59,105 nt of DNA from Promethearchaeota archaeon (GTDB lineage: Archaea > Asgardarchaeota > Lokiarchaeia > Sigyniarchaeales > SOKP01). The notes beneath the pieces are model-generated. The model ran no database searches and was not told the DNA's origin. It worked only from the letters and a program-made list of their open reading frames with translations. Positions within the stretch are counted from its first letter, which is position 1, and each line of letters opens with the position of its first letter. A program made the translations under genes and the position numbers. Of the stretch, positions 8,941-19,853 are shown piece by piece. Where the stretch lies: positions 1 through 59,105 of the forward strand of contig JAUVNS010000022.1 in assembly GCA_030599585.1 (NCBI GenBank), given 5' to 3'.

Positions 8941-10635
8941 TTAATGTAAATTAGGAAATATCTCTTTACTGGGGTATAATTGTCTAGCTTTTCTAATCGT
9001 ATTGAGCGCAGCTTCACGATTCTTCATACTAAGTAAAATTCCTGCTTTGGTTTCATAAAGTTCAAAGAGTTCTAATTTTTTTGGATTTTTGTTAACAGTT
9101 CTTTCTATTACCTTCAAAGCTGATTTATACCTTTGTAAATCATATGCTAAACAATTTGCTTTTCTTATATAATATCTAATATTCTGAGGGTCCTTTTTTA
9201 TAGCTAAATTAAAAACTTCTAATGCTTCTTCATATTGGTTTAAAGATAATAAAACACTTGCTAGGTCAGAATAATAAATTCCTTCTTGGGGTTCTAATTC
9301 AATGGCTCTATTTATTGCGTTTAAAGCCTCCTCGTATTTATTCTGCCAACTTAAAAAAAAAGCATAATCTGAATAAAAATTCGCTTTTTGAGGATCTAAG
9401 GTAATAGCTTTACATATTGCTTCTACTGCGCCATTATAGTCGCCTGTAATATGTAAAATATGTGCTTTCAGACAATAATTATAAGAATTATATCCATCGC
9501 AATCCATAGCTTTTTGTATAAATTCAGTAGTATATTTAATATTTTCCCGATATTCTAAAGGTAATAGGGCATTATATGCTTCCTCGATATGGAATAAAGT
9601 TCTTTTTTGCAAATAATCCAATCTTTCAAAATCGAAAATTTCAGATGTTAAAATTAAAGTAGGAATTTCGTACAAGTCAAAGCTCTTTATAAACGCTTTC
9701 CTTTTAAGATTCTTTAAAAGCGTTAATAAATAATATTTTACTGTGTCGTATAAAGAGACCTCAAGAGTTTTATGAAAAAGGTTATACTTATTAATAAGTA
9801 CAATTATTACCGCTTCACATATCTCATTAAAAATGATTTCCTGGAATTTATTATTGTAAATATATTGTTCATAATAATAATCTCTTAGTATTGATTGAAT
9901 AGTTATTTCGAAAATGCAACCATATTGGTCACTAGACCTAAAATATAGATTGATCCCCCTCTTTGCTAACTTTAATTTGTAGAATGATATCGTAGTAATT
10001 TTTTTCATTCGAAGCTCGCGTAGAAACCATTTTAATTCATCTTTGGTTAAAATGTCGTTACAATATTTATCAATAAAATCATCAATTGAAATGTTCACGC
10101 TCCCAGAATAATCATAAAATCTAGTATGGTTTAAAGTTAGATATAAGACTGCGATATCAAACTTTTCTTCAGAAAAGAGGCTTAATTTATCCCGATTTAT
10201 TTCATTTTTAAGCTTGAGAAACTCAATCATTATATCTTTATTTTCTATTTCACATTTATTAAGAAACTGAGTATCTAGAGCAACCGTTTTAGATGTAGTT
10301 TTTCGTTCCAAATTTAAGATAGTTTTTACATCTAGATTGTAGGATTTTAATCTTTTAACTAATTCTTTTACCCCTAAATTAGTGATTGTATAAATACTAT
10401 GCTTTTTTTCCCGAGAAACGCTTATATAATTATTACTTTTTAATTTTTTAGCCCATTTATGAAATGTGTTTTTATTCATTCTGTTTTTTATACCCTTCTC
10501 TTTATTATTTATAAATTCCTCACGTTTCATTGGACCATAAACTCCTAAAACATAAAGGATGATATCTTCGTATTGGTCTCTTTCCCAGAGTAAATTTGGG
10601 ATTTTTTGAGGGATAAAATTAATTTTTGTCATCAA
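8941..10635 (-). CDS. Winged-helix + TPR-repeat protein
   Basis: N-term wHTH-like (KKLKSNNYISV...YTITNLG); C-term TPRs (YNGAVEAICKAITLDPQ, YEEALNAINRAIELEPQ, YEEALEVFNLAIKKDPQ). Confidence 0.8.
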   Translation of the reverse strand: MMTKINFIPQKIPNLLWERDQYEDIILYVLGVYGPMKREEFINNKEKGIKNRMNKNTFHKWAKKLKSNNYISVSREKKHSIYTITNLGVKELVKRLKSYNLDVKTILNLERKTTSKTVALDTQFLNKCEIENKDIMIEFLKLKNEINRDKLSLFSEEKFDIAVLYLTLNHTRFYDYSGSVNISIDDFIDKYCNDILTKDELKWFLRELRMKKITTISFYKLKLAKRGINLYFRSSDQYGCIFEITIQSILRDYYYEQYIYNNKFQEIIFNEICEAVIIVLINKYNLFHKTLEVSLYDTVKYYLLTLLKNLKRKAFIKSFDLYEIPTLILTSEIFDFERLDYLQKRTLFHIEEAYNALLPLEYRENIKYTTEFIQKAMDCDGYNSYNYCLKAHILHITGDYNGAVEAICKAITLDPQKANFYSDYAFFLSWQNKYEEALNAINRAIELEPQEGIYYSDLASVLLSLNQYEEALEVFNLAIKKDPQNIRYYIRKANCLAYDLQRYKSALKVIERTVNKNPKKLELFELYETKAGILLSMKNREAALNTIRKARQLYPSKEIFPNLH

Positions 10636-11049
10636 TTTAAAACTGATTCTCTTTAATTTAAAATTATTGCATTAGGACATTTACTAGGACAAAATCATTA
10701 AAAATAATAAAAATAAAATGTAATTCAATAACGAAATTAAGATAATAAAAAATCCAGATTTCAGTTCTGACAAGATTCAAATTTGAAGATGTGAAGGAAA
10801 AATCACGATCTTTTAAAGAATAAATATTGATACGTACAAAAACGAGAATTGTAAAAAAGTGACTGGGGAGAATAAGAAGAAGATAAATCACTGGCTTCGA
10901 TGTCAAAATTTAAATCCAGTTAAATAGTAGAAGAAGGAAGGATCAGGAATAGATGTATGAATATTTAAGTCTACTATCCTCACAGCAGACATCAAGAACG
11001 AGACATTCAATATAAAAGGCAGGTAATAATCTAAAAGGAGGGGTTATTA

Positions 11050-11532
11050 TTGTTAAACTATGAAAATGAAATTACGGCTTCTAAATGTCCAAAATGTGAT
11101 ACCGCATATATATCCAAGGGTGGAAGCGTGTCCGTGAATAAAGGTAAATGTACGATATGTGGTAACCCACTTCACGAAAATGACATTCAAGCAATAGAGA
11201 ATCACATAAAAATTTTACAACATCTAAAGGAATCTCCTGGATTTAAATCACAGAATAAACATACAACATTTAAAAGTCATTTAAAACCAGAAGCTAGAAT
11301 TATACTTAATAATTTGAATAATTATTTAATAAGAGGCCATCATCTAGAACCATCAATCTGCAAATTTTGTAATACGAGTATAGCTCAACAATTTCTTCCA
11401 TTAATATTATGGAATAAAGACCAAATACATTTTATAGAGTTTCATGTCCAATGTATAATAAAAAAAGAAAAATTAAAGGAATTTAATAATTTCGTTGGTG
11501 ATTTTGATTATATTTATGAAATTGATGAGTAG
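11050..11532 (+). CDS. Zn-binding protein (Zn ribbon plus CxxC...HxxC domain)
   Basis: CPKC, CTIC, CKFC...HVQC; SD-like aggaggg upstream. Confidence 0.6.
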   Translation: MLNYENEITASKCPKCDTAYISKGGSVSVNKGKCTICGNPLHENDIQAIENHIKILQHLKESPGFKSQNKHTTFKSHLKPEARIILNNLNNYLIRGHHLEPSICKFCNTSIAQQFLPLILWNKDQIHFIEFHVQCIIKKEKLKEFNNFVGDFDYIYEIDE

Positions 11533-11661
11533 ACTCATAGAAGTTGAGGTATCCGGTCATTAAAATTCATGTCTTAAATGCATTTATGTTCATAATAACT
11601 ACGAGAGGATATTTATCTCTTAATAATAAATTATAGAATCAACAATTAACTAAGATTTACT

Positions 11662-12228
11662 ATGAAAATTTTATGTAAAAAATGTGGGAAGATTCAAGAA
11701 TACTATCCTAAATTAAAAAATAATAAGATTGCCAAGTCACCAGGAACCAAATGTAACTCTTGTGGGAATCACATCAGAGTTAGTAAAAAACAAATAAAAT
11801 TAGAATTATTGGAAATTAGGGAAAAGTTTATAATATTTCAGACCGATTTAAGTAAACTTTCTAATAACGATTTCTATGGCGACGCCATAGAGAATTATTT
11901 AGGAATATTGAATTTAGATATCTTAAATTTAGGAATAGTAGTTGTAGATACTGGAAAATTTAAAATTTTTCTTGAAAAGTTCAAAATTAATAATAAAGTT
12001 ATAGTATATGGTGAAATTAAGATTAAAATGTTTAAAAACTTAAGTCACATTGAAATTTATAATAGTAAAATTAATTTTCTTTTTAAAAAACCACAATCTT
12101 ATGAAAATTTAATACATTATTTGGAAGTCTGTAAAATACTTTCAAATGAGATTCAAGAAAATTTGATTAATTATTACCGGATTCCACTTTTAGTCCAACC
12201 TTTAGATATATGTTATTACAATCCATAA
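11662..12228 (+). CDS. Zn-ribbon protein
   Basis: CKKC...CNSC at N-terminus. Confidence 0.55.
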   Translation: MKILCKKCGKIQEYYPKLKNNKIAKSPGTKCNSCGNHIRVSKKQIKLELLEIREKFIIFQTDLSKLSNNDFYGDAIENYLGILNLDILNLGIVVVDTGKFKIFLEKFKINNKVIVYGEIKIKMFKNLSHIEIYNSKINFLFKKPQSYENLIHYLEVCKILSNEIQENLINYYRIPLLVQPLDICYYNP

Positions 12229-12546
12229 TTCAATTGTGATTTACGGTTAAATTGAATCATTTTCCAAATTTTTGCGAAGAAGAAAAACATAAGCAAAATC
12301 AGATGAATTCAATTAAGAAGTCTAAAAATGAGAATGAAAGACGAGTGAGAAAAAAAGTTTTTAGAGAAACTCTCGTTCAGGCTCAACCCTCTGAAAATCA
12401 GTTATGGAATAGGTTTAAACATTTCAGAGAAGTCAAGATTAATAGGTCTAAATTTGTTCGGATTTTAAAGTTGAGAAGATAAACATTACATAAACGATTA
12501 AAAGTTTAAAATGTTCAAGTGATTTCCCCCATATATAATAAGGAGA

Positions 12547-13113
12547 TTAATCGTCTGCAAATAAACCTAATGTTCTGCCTCCTTTATAGTGTCTAATGTG
12601 TTTAATAGAATTTTGCTCGAGAAACCCTAATAAAAGATCTCTCTTTTCTTGGTTTAAATTAAAAAGTTTAATAGTTATAAGCTCTTTCCTAATTATTCCC
12701 TTTATAAGTCTTCGTGAATATAGATCCTGCCATTCATCGCCTTTAGGACCATCACTCAAATAGTCGTGCAGTTCCAGATCTAAAAGAATACGATATAAAG
12801 CCCATGTATCAGATCCAATATTACGGTCTTCTCTTATCTCTTTAATTTTGTTTTGGATTTCGTTATCAGTTAGTTTTTTATTTTTTTTTATGATTTCATA
12901 AAAATAATCCTTAAAATACTCGGTAAACTTCCAATTCTCCTCTTCTTCATCTTCAAAGTTTACTCCCAACTCTATACCTATAATATACAAGAGAAATTCA
13001 TATTTAATATCCCTTCCAATAGCTTCCTTTCTCTCCTTAATTAGTTGTTCTAATTCTTCTTGGGTTAATTCAGTTTCTGCTATAATCTTTTCCAAATAAA
13101 AAGTGGCTTCCAT
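12547..13113 (-). CDS. Protein with two repeats resembling the N-terminal helical domain of archaeal RPA
   Basis: LTQEELEQLIKERKEAIG...LLYIIGIELGV and LTDNEIQNKIKEIRED...ALYRILLDLEL. Confidence 0.45.
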   Translation of the reverse strand: MEATFYLEKIIAETELTQEELEQLIKERKEAIGRDIKYEFLLYIIGIELGVNFEDEEEENWKFTEYFKDYFYEIIKKNKKLTDNEIQNKIKEIREDRNIGSDTWALYRILLDLELHDYLSDGPKGDEWQDLYSRRLIKGIIRKELITIKLFNLNQEKRDLLLGFLEQNSIKHIRHYKGGRTLGLFADD

Positions 13114-13711
13114 TTTAAATCATACATTCATTTTTAATGATTTAACTCATTATTAAAAAGAAATTATATAAATACCGAAATTTTAGATAATAGTTGACTG
13201 AAACTAATTATGAAATATCTAAATGATATTTTGCTATAATAATAGGCTCTGTTATTCATACAATAATAGCCAATTGGTATAGTTCAGTCGTCAATTAATG
13301 TTTTATCAGCGAATAAAACAAGCTAAAATTACTGATATATATGATTCAAGGCTTAATTCTATAGGCGTGAATCCCTCATCTTTTAGTAACTACTTAAAAA
13401 AATGGCGTAGAAAGAATCTGGCCAATATCAAAGAAAGCTAAAATTCAAGTAGTTTAAAAATGAGCTTTATAAATATAAAGTGCTACTCATGAGTCATCTA
13501 ATTTTAAAGGAGTAATTTGTCATCAGAATACCCAATAATAAGGGAGTTTTTAACTCCCATTTACTCCTTACCTTTCTTCTCTTGAAAATATAGCACTTTA
13601 AAAATATAGTTAAAAATTAAAAGATAAGGAAGTTTTTTCCCCTTGAACTACATACTCATACAATGTCCTCAAGGAGTTTTCTTCCTTCTTGGTCTCCATC
13701 CATCATTTGGG

Positions 13712-13749
13712 GGCTTCAAGGGGTTTTTTATATTTTTCCCCTTGAAGCC
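13712..13749. repeat. Perfect 12-bp GC-rich inverted repeat in a long intergenic region
   Basis: ggcttcaagggg-N14-ccccttgaagcc; a further ccccttgaa copy at 13639-13647. Confidence 0.8.
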
Positions 13750-14016
13750 TTTGAACATTTATTTCTCTTCCTTTATCTATATTTTAGAACTTTTTAAATT
13801 GGTTAGCTTTTAAAACATAGTAGCCTTCTGGAAATGTCTTTTTTCATTTTCTCTAACATGTCAAACCGACTATTTGTTGGTATTGACAGGCTGATTATCA
13901 TATAATTGAATACTATTTAATACCCTACAACCACGAAGTTTATAAAGGTTAAAAGGCTAAACTAATAATAAGTTTATAGACAGCTCTGTGTGCATAGAAC
14001 ACCATTTTGAACTAAA

Positions 14017-14232
14017 GTGGAAGTGAATCTGTTGGCTAAGAAAAACCAAGATAACAGAAAAGATCCGAATAAATACGACCTTAAAATACCTTATGAATTA
14101 TATAAAGTTGTTAAAAAATATATAGAAAACAATAAAGAATTAGGCTATTCCAGCGTAAGCCAATATCTTAATGAACTTATTAGATTGGAGATAAAAAGGA
14201 TATTAAAAGACGAAAAAGAGCGAAAGGGATAG
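14017..14232 (+). CDS. Ribbon-helix-helix protein
   Basis: YDLKIPYELYKVVKKYIE...GYSSVSQYLNELIR. Confidence 0.65.
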   Translation: MEVNLLAKKNQDNRKDPNKYDLKIPYELYKVVKKYIENNKELGYSSVSQYLNELIRLEIKRILKDEKERKG

Positions 14233-14366
14233 TTCACCTCCTTAGCATTTTTGAAAAATTAGTATTCAAAGAGAATGAAATTTTGAGTTAAATATTACTT
14301 TTATTGCTATTTAAAACCCTTCAAAGAAGGTAAATTAAAAACAACCTTCAGCCCTTCTATAATTAT

Positions 14367-15044
14367 TCAACCCATAATATAATCAATATGACTGTAAAAT
14401 GCTTTAAAAAAACCAACTATAATATCCTGTGCATCTTCTAATTCGTTATCTTTTTTTAGTTTCGACGCCTCATCTATTAAAAGATAAATGAATTCTAAAT
14501 CCTCAAAAGTTAACCCAGAATACTCAACACCGAATAAAACCCAATCGTAAAAATAATCTTTAAAGCTATTATCTAAAGATTTAAATTCTTTTTCTTGTAG
14601 GGGGGCTAAATCATCCATGAAAACTTGTTCGCCGTCGTGAAGTTTATTTATGAGATCTAGTTGAAAATATAATAGATATTTCTCATTTTTAGTACAGCTA
14701 ATACCTTCCTTTTTATTCAAAATCCTTCTATTATAATCTTCTAAGGTAATCGTAAGCCTATGGTTATTATAAACCATATTAAATAGATGTATGTTTATAT
14801 CTTTCCAAGAAAAATTATTTTTATATATCTTCCTCTCTATGGGCGTTATTATCTTAATGATTGTATATATTTTCTCGACTAATTTCGGTATCTCCTTTTC
14901 ACATTTTGTTCTTAGGCTCTGTCTGAATAAATTCCGATAATCGACGATTATTGTCTCAAGAGTGATTATGAATTTATTGAAGTCGTCAATTTTAAACACA
15001 GGGATGGGAATTTTCTCCGCCCCCTGATTATCATATATAGTCAT
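14367..15044 (-). CDS. Hypothetical protein
   Basis: 225-aa ORF with no recognised motif. Confidence 0.6.
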   Translation of the reverse strand: MTIYDNQGAEKIPIPVFKIDDFNKFIITLETIIVDYRNLFRQSLRTKCEKEIPKLVEKIYTIIKIITPIERKIYKNNFSWKDINIHLFNMVYNNHRLTITLEDYNRRILNKKEGISCTKNEKYLLYFQLDLINKLHDGEQVFMDDLAPLQEKEFKSLDNSFKDYFYDWVLFGVEYSGLTFEDLEFIYLLIDEASKLKKDNELEDAQDIIVGFFKAFYSHIDYIMG

Positions 15045-15134
15045 GTTTTTATCCTCTAATTCTGTTTATATACTTCTTCTATATCTTCACGACGCTTATA
15101 CTTCTTATTCGTCATTTCTTGCATTAGATTTTAT

Positions 15135-15290
15135 TTATGTGGTAATTTCTCTTCTAATTGTTATTAACGACCCACATTCGGGGCATTCTACTATTCCCTC
15201 TTCTATATCGCCCTCAACTTTAGTCTTTTTAAAAAGTTTCATTATATCCTCGGGAAAGAATATAAATCCACACACACACTTATAAAGCAT
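15135..15290 (-). CDS. Small Zn-ribbon protein, 51 aa, absent from ORF track
   Basis: Hand translation MLYKCVCGFIFFPEDIMKLFKKTKVEGDIEEGIVECPECGSLITIRREITT. Confidence 0.55.
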   Translation of the reverse strand: MLYKCVCGFIFFPEDIMKLFKKTKVEGDIEEGIVECPECGSLITIRREITT

Positions 15291-15367
15291 CTTTTTTTCT
15301 TCACCTTCGCTAATCTTTTTTCACCTCGTTTTTGTCTATTATTTTTTTTCTAAAATGTAATTAAAAA

Positions 15368-15586
15368 TTAATTATTACAGACCATCATTTTTTTCAAAGC
15401 CTCTCTCTTTAAATTATCAATACTTTTGGATACATTCTTAAAGTATTGCTTGAAAACTAAGTCATCTGGGAAAATTTCAAGGAGTTTCTTATAATTGTTC
15501 CTAATTCGTTTTAAGGTGTTCAATTCATCTAAAGCACTCATTAGATCACCCTCGAAATTAATTTTAGAATAGAGAAACACCAACAC
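15368..15586 (-). CDS. Small helical protein, probable paralog of 48569..48841 N-terminus
   Basis: LKRIRNNYKKLLEIFPDDLVFKQY vs LNRTVNRFRKLAKSYPNDSFYSEY; likely start is the internal Met (MSALDE). Confidence 0.5.
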   Translation of the reverse strand: MLVFLYSKINFEGDLMSALDELNTLKRIRNNYKKLLEIFPDDLVFKQYFKNVSKSIDNLKREALKKMMVCNN

Positions 15587-15822
15587 ACAAAAATGTAGTA
15601 ATATAGAATATCAAAGGACGAAATGAAATTAGTTCTAATAAGGTATATATTCTCTATCAAAATGAAAAAATTAGTAGAAAATGGTGTTTCCCCATTTCTC
15701 CAATAATTCGTTAGGGAGATATCCCGTTCAAATAATCTATGTTTCATATCTTTTTAGCCTCATTAAAACACACTTTTTTTTGAAGATATTTTCATTTTTA
15801 GCGATTTTATATTCTTTTTTTG

Positions 15823-16179
15823 CTATATTTTTAGGGTTCTGAGCTTTCGACTCATAGTTTTCCTATTTAAAATCCTTTCAAAATCATTATGGGAATGTTC
15901 TAACTGAGCAAAAAACCCATCAAGTTTGTCGAAATTATTGAAGAAAAAAGTTTCACCATTAACAATTATATCAACACCCTTTGGGTCAAATTTAATAGTA
16001 GCATAGATTCCACCATTACATTTATCGTGTCGAATAAAAGTCAGGAAATTAGAGTTCTTCTTAGCCCAGAAATTGTTTTGCAATAAATAACTTCGATACA
16101 TGCTTCCGTTTTTCATAATTTTAGCCTTTTTATTTAAGAAAATTTTTATATTTTGATGATTGGAGTAAGAGAACGCCAA
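15823..16179 (-). CDS. Hypothetical protein
   Basis: 118-aa ORF. Confidence 0.5.
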   Translation of the reverse strand: MAFSYSNHQNIKIFLNKKAKIMKNGSMYRSYLLQNNFWAKKNSNFLTFIRHDKCNGGIYATIKFDPKGVDIIVNGETFFFNNFDKLDGFFAQLEHSHNDFERILNRKTMSRKLRTLKI

Positions 16180-16536
16180 TAGACAAAAATCTGTAAGGAT
16201 TCGATATTTTTAATAAGAATAAGATAATAAATTTCGAAATGGCAAACAATGGCGATATTATATCGAACACAACTGAGGTATTAGAGAGATGGGTTCTCTT
16301 ATTTCTCCCGCTATTCATTTTTTTTCACACTGCCTTGAAATATTTAAATATTGGGTTTAATCCTAAAGGTTAAGAGAATTTCCCCCGGAACACATATTGA
16401 AATACTGTAAAAGTATATGGATTATGTTTATAGAAGTTAAGTAAAAGAATTTGCTTTAAGAATTCATATACCATTTCTATAAACAATCCTTCAGTGAATT
16501 TCAGGAACCCCCTTAACATACTTCATTAAACCCTCT

Positions 16537-16821
16537 TTAAAACATATTTTCCCAAATGTTCAAAAAACTTTTAAAACTTTTTGCTCTTAGATTCTCCGTT
16601 TTGAACCTATAAATTTTAATTCTTCCAAAAGTCTTTAGCTGAACTAAGTCCTGATTAATTAAAAAGTCTAAATGACGAGTCACATTAGAATGATTTAACT
16701 TTGTGAGTTTTATTATTTGAGATATTGATAGTTCTTCATTTAAAGCTAAAAACCTAAAAATCTTAACTCTTGCTCTCGACCCAAGTATTTCCTCTACAGA
16801 TTCTAGTTTAGGTGCCATCAT
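16537..16821 (-). CDS. ArsR-type winged-helix regulator coupled to cdc6
   Basis: ILGSRARVKIFRFLA...LSISQIIKLTKLNHSNVTRHLDFL...FGRIKIY; overlaps cdc6 stop codon. Confidence 0.8.
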   Translation of the reverse strand: MMAPKLESVEEILGSRARVKIFRFLALNEELSISQIIKLTKLNHSNVTRHLDFLINQDLVQLKTFGRIKIYRFKTENLRAKSFKSFLNIWENMF

Positions 16822-18032
16822 GCTGTTAATACTACTATTCCTTTTGATTCTAATACACTTGTTACATTCTGAACAAATTTATTTAAAGGTATACCTGGCA
16901 TTTTGATAAATGCCTTTCTCCCTATAATACCACTACCTTCAATATCTACTTTGAGTATGTCGTCTTTTTTACATTCTTGAACGTAATTCCATAACTGGGA
17001 ATAAGCTCTTGGTGGTATCCCAGAAAGCCTGCAAATTCTCTTATAATCTTCTATGGCTTCGGTAAGAGAAATGTCAAGGTTTCCATTTTTTTGCAATCTT
17101 ACCGTAATAGTGTAGAGCAAGAGCAGTTTGTGTTCCGCCATATGGTTAAGCATATCCTTAATGGGATAGGGAACTAAATCTTGATACGCTTGTTTGACAC
17201 AATCAAGCGTAATTATATTTAATCCCTTATTTTCAGCAATCTTCGTACTACACCATAACATGTTAAGTCCGCATCTTACATCACCAATTTCATAAACTAT
17301 CTCCGCTATAAACTGTAGAATTTCATCGCTAATCACATTCTCATTAAAGCTGATAGATGTTCTCTGCTTTAAAATATCAAATATTTGCTTTCTGGTATAC
17401 TTTTCAAATACTATAGGATGATTTAGAAAATAATGGTGTATATCCTTTACAAGATTACTTAAAAAAGCGACATTTCTAATAATTCCAATAATGTTCAATC
17501 TTTTAACTTTAGATTTAATTGTGTCGTCATTTATTCTAACCAGCGAATATAAAAGCTCTGCTCCTTTTTCATCTAACGAATCCAATTCGTCTAAGACTAA
17601 TATAAGGAAAATATTCTCCTTTTCAATAAATTCTTTAAGAAAATCTAATAAATCTTGCGGTGAAAATCCCCTTTGTGGAATTTTTTTATTCAAAGCAGAA
17701 TTAATCGTCGTTAACACTTTGTACTCTGTTCTAGATAGCTTACAATTGATATGAATATATTTCAAGTTAACTCCCCGTTCCTGAGCTGATTTTTCTAAGC
17801 CACTACAGAAATATTTTATGGTAGAGGTTTTTCCCACGCCTCGTTCCCCCTCTATAAATAGATTTACTGCTCTTTCACCACAACTTGTAATAAGAACCAT
17901 ATAATAAAGCATCAATTCTCTCAGTTCTTCGTCTCTATGTAAAATTTTAGGGTGAAAATCAACACTAAGAGATCCCTCTTCTTTAAGCAAAGGTTTCTTT
18001 TTTAACACACTATCAAATAGTTCTTCAAACAC
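16818..18032 (-). CDS. cdc6: Orc1/Cdc6 family replication initiator
   Basis: ILHRDEE, Walker A GERGVGKT, YIHINC, Walker B LVLDELD, FEKYTRKQIFDILKQR, GDVR sensor II, C-terminal wH. Confidence 0.92.
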   Translation of the reverse strand: MFEELFDSVLKKKPLLKEEGSLSVDFHPKILHRDEELRELMLYYMVLITSCGERAVNLFIEGERGVGKTSTIKYFCSGLEKSAQERGVNLKYIHINCKLSRTEYKVLTTINSALNKKIPQRGFSPQDLLDFLKEFIEKENIFLILVLDELDSLDEKGAELLYSLVRINDDTIKSKVKRLNIIGIIRNVAFLSNLVKDIHHYFLNHPIVFEKYTRKQIFDILKQRTSISFNENVISDEILQFIAEIVYEIGDVRCGLNMLWCSTKIAENKGLNIITLDCVKQAYQDLVPYPIKDMLNHMAEHKLLLLYTITVRLQKNGNLDISLTEAIEDYKRICRLSGIPPRAYSQLWNYVQECKKDDILKVDIEGSGIIGRKAFIKMPGIPLNKFVQNVTSVLESKGIVVLTA

Positions 18033-18516
18033 ACAACCTTCATATACGTCCTTTCCCAGAATATTTTCACTTATTTATTTTATTATGAATTTATAATTAA
18101 AGCGTATTTTTTTAACGATTTGAAATATGAGGGGGTGAACTACCCCCCATATTATAGTCGCCTATCTCTAAGAAATAACTAAGTCTCTGCATCTCTGAAT
18201 GACCCGAAAATCTAACCCCTGCTACTTTTAATGCTCCCAACACAATTACCTTGGTCTAATTTTTCAAGACTAAATCGTTAACAAAATAACAATGAAAATT
18301 ATTATACAACAATATAGATGTAAGAAAAACTATATAAATATTTTGAATTTTCTGTCGGATTTTATCGGATTAAACTCAAGAAATAGTGTATATATGTAAT
18401 GAAAAAGTGTGCTTTTGGGAGTAAAACAAATTAAAATTATATCTAAACTTATTAATATAATGTTTATAATAATTATTGTAACATTATAATAACGAAATGA
18501 TGAGGAATTAAATAAA

Positions 18517-18810
18517 ATGAAAGATATAATCACGCTTAAGCCAAGCCAAAGAGGTAAGGGGTTAAGGTTCGTGATTTCTCGCGCTATACGAGAAGGTTTA
18601 GATATACAGTTTAGAGATACGATAGAAGTTAATATTTACGGCATCTATAAGGAAGGGAGCATTATGATACCGATTGAGCCCCCAATACCTATGCCGTCCA
18701 TCGTCTCTAAGGTAGGCACTAATACTCAAGGAATTACTATGAAGAGGCAAATCGTAAAATTGCTCAATCTAAAAGAAGAACAAATGTTAGCAGTAGATAT
18801 TGAAAAATAA
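18517..18810 (+). CDS. Tandem AbrB/SpoVT (MraZ-like) DNA-binding protein
   Basis: Two swapped-hairpin-like units (LRFVISRAIREGLDIQFRDTIEV; QGITMKRQIVKLLNLKEEQMLAV); paralog of 43083..43388. Confidence 0.6.
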   Translation: MKDIITLKPSQRGKGLRFVISRAIREGLDIQFRDTIEVNIYGIYKEGSIMIPIEPPIPMPSIVSKVGTNTQGITMKRQIVKLLNLKEEQMLAVDIEK

Positions 18811-18818
18811 AAAGGTAT

Positions 18819-19388
18819 TTAGATCTTCTTGAAAAATATTTTGTTTATTTTATTATCGATATTTTTTAGTTTTAAGAATTTTTGATATAAGTAGGGGGGT
18901 TTATTTTCAAATTCCTCGTAATAATCGGTTAACTGTTTAATTTGTTTTGACTTTTGTCGTCCTTTAACGTATAATTCTGAGTGTTTTAATAATTCAATTA
19001 TTTCCGATTCTTCAAGTAGCAAAATCTCTAAGAATACTCCTCTTAGTTTTTTATTTTCTTCTTTTGTAAATTCTCTGTCAGGAGCTAGTCGTTTAAAAGT
19101 TTCATAAAGCACTTTCGCATCGTTTTTAAAATATTTAATCTCATTTCCTTCAATCCCAAATCTTTGTTCCAGCTCTAATAAAGCATAATCCCTTTCTACT
19201 TCGGAATCAAAAACGGCCTTCTTAAAGTTGACCCATCCATTATTTCTGGAAATTAATTCCACTATCTTTTCGTAGAAAGCGTTCTTCTCAATATAATATT
19301 GTTCTAAATCAATCTCAAATAGCACATCCATTATTTTTCTCTCCTTGTTTTTTATAATTCCTTTTCTGATTGTCTCGGATTTTGTCAA
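18819..19388 (-). CDS. Hypothetical protein
   Basis: 189-aa ORF. Confidence 0.55.
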   Translation of the reverse strand: MTKSETIRKGIIKNKERKIMDVLFEIDLEQYYIEKNAFYEKIVELISRNNGWVNFKKAVFDSEVERDYALLELEQRFGIEGNEIKYFKNDAKVLYETFKRLAPDREFTKEENKKLRGVFLEILLLEESEIIELLKHSELYVKGRQKSKQIKQLTDYYEEFENKPPYLYQKFLKLKNIDNKINKIFFKKI

Positions 19389-19551
19389 AATCTACTGCTT
19401 TTTGCTTAAGTTCATACAATTCCACTTCAATTCGAGAAGCTAATGTTTTCCCTTCCTCTGTGAGTTGTTCCTTATTAGAAAGTAAAAAGCCTAAGTACAA
19501 TTCTATAATCCTATTAATTCTTTCTAAAAACAAATCTATAAAACTAACCAT
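19315..19551 (-). CDS. Small hypothetical helical protein
   Basis: 78-aa ORF in the minus-strand run. Confidence 0.45.
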   Translation of the reverse strand: MVSFIDLFLERINRIIELYLGFLLSNKEQLTEEGKTLASRIEVELYELKQKAVDFDKIRDNQKRNYKKQGEKNNGCAI

Positions 19552-19577
19552 TCTGCAATACCCATTTATAGCTTTTT

Positions 19578-19853
19578 TTAAGTATTATTTTTAAGATCTA
19601 GTTTATCGATGTCCCAAAATACTTTTGGTCTACCTCTAAGACCAGTCTCTACGGAAAATCTTTTTACATATTCCTTTTTCTCAAGCTTTAAAAGATTATC
19701 AAAAGCAGTGGTCCAAGGAGCATCTAGTTTTTCACATATATCCTTACGAGTTAATGGACCATTTTGACCTAGAGTCTTTAACAAATTAAATTGAATTGGG
19801 GTCATAAAAAGATTAGCTGAACTTATAAGCTCAAATAAATTTTTGACAATCAT
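19578..19853 (-). CDS. Winged-helix regulator (TrmB/ArsR-like)
   Basis: GPLTRKDICEKLDAPWTTAFDNLLKLEKKEYVKR...GRPKVFW. Confidence 0.75.
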   Translation of the reverse strand: MIVKNLFELISSANLFMTPIQFNLLKTLGQNGPLTRKDICEKLDAPWTTAFDNLLKLEKKEYVKRFSVETGLRGRPKVFWDIDKLDLKNNT

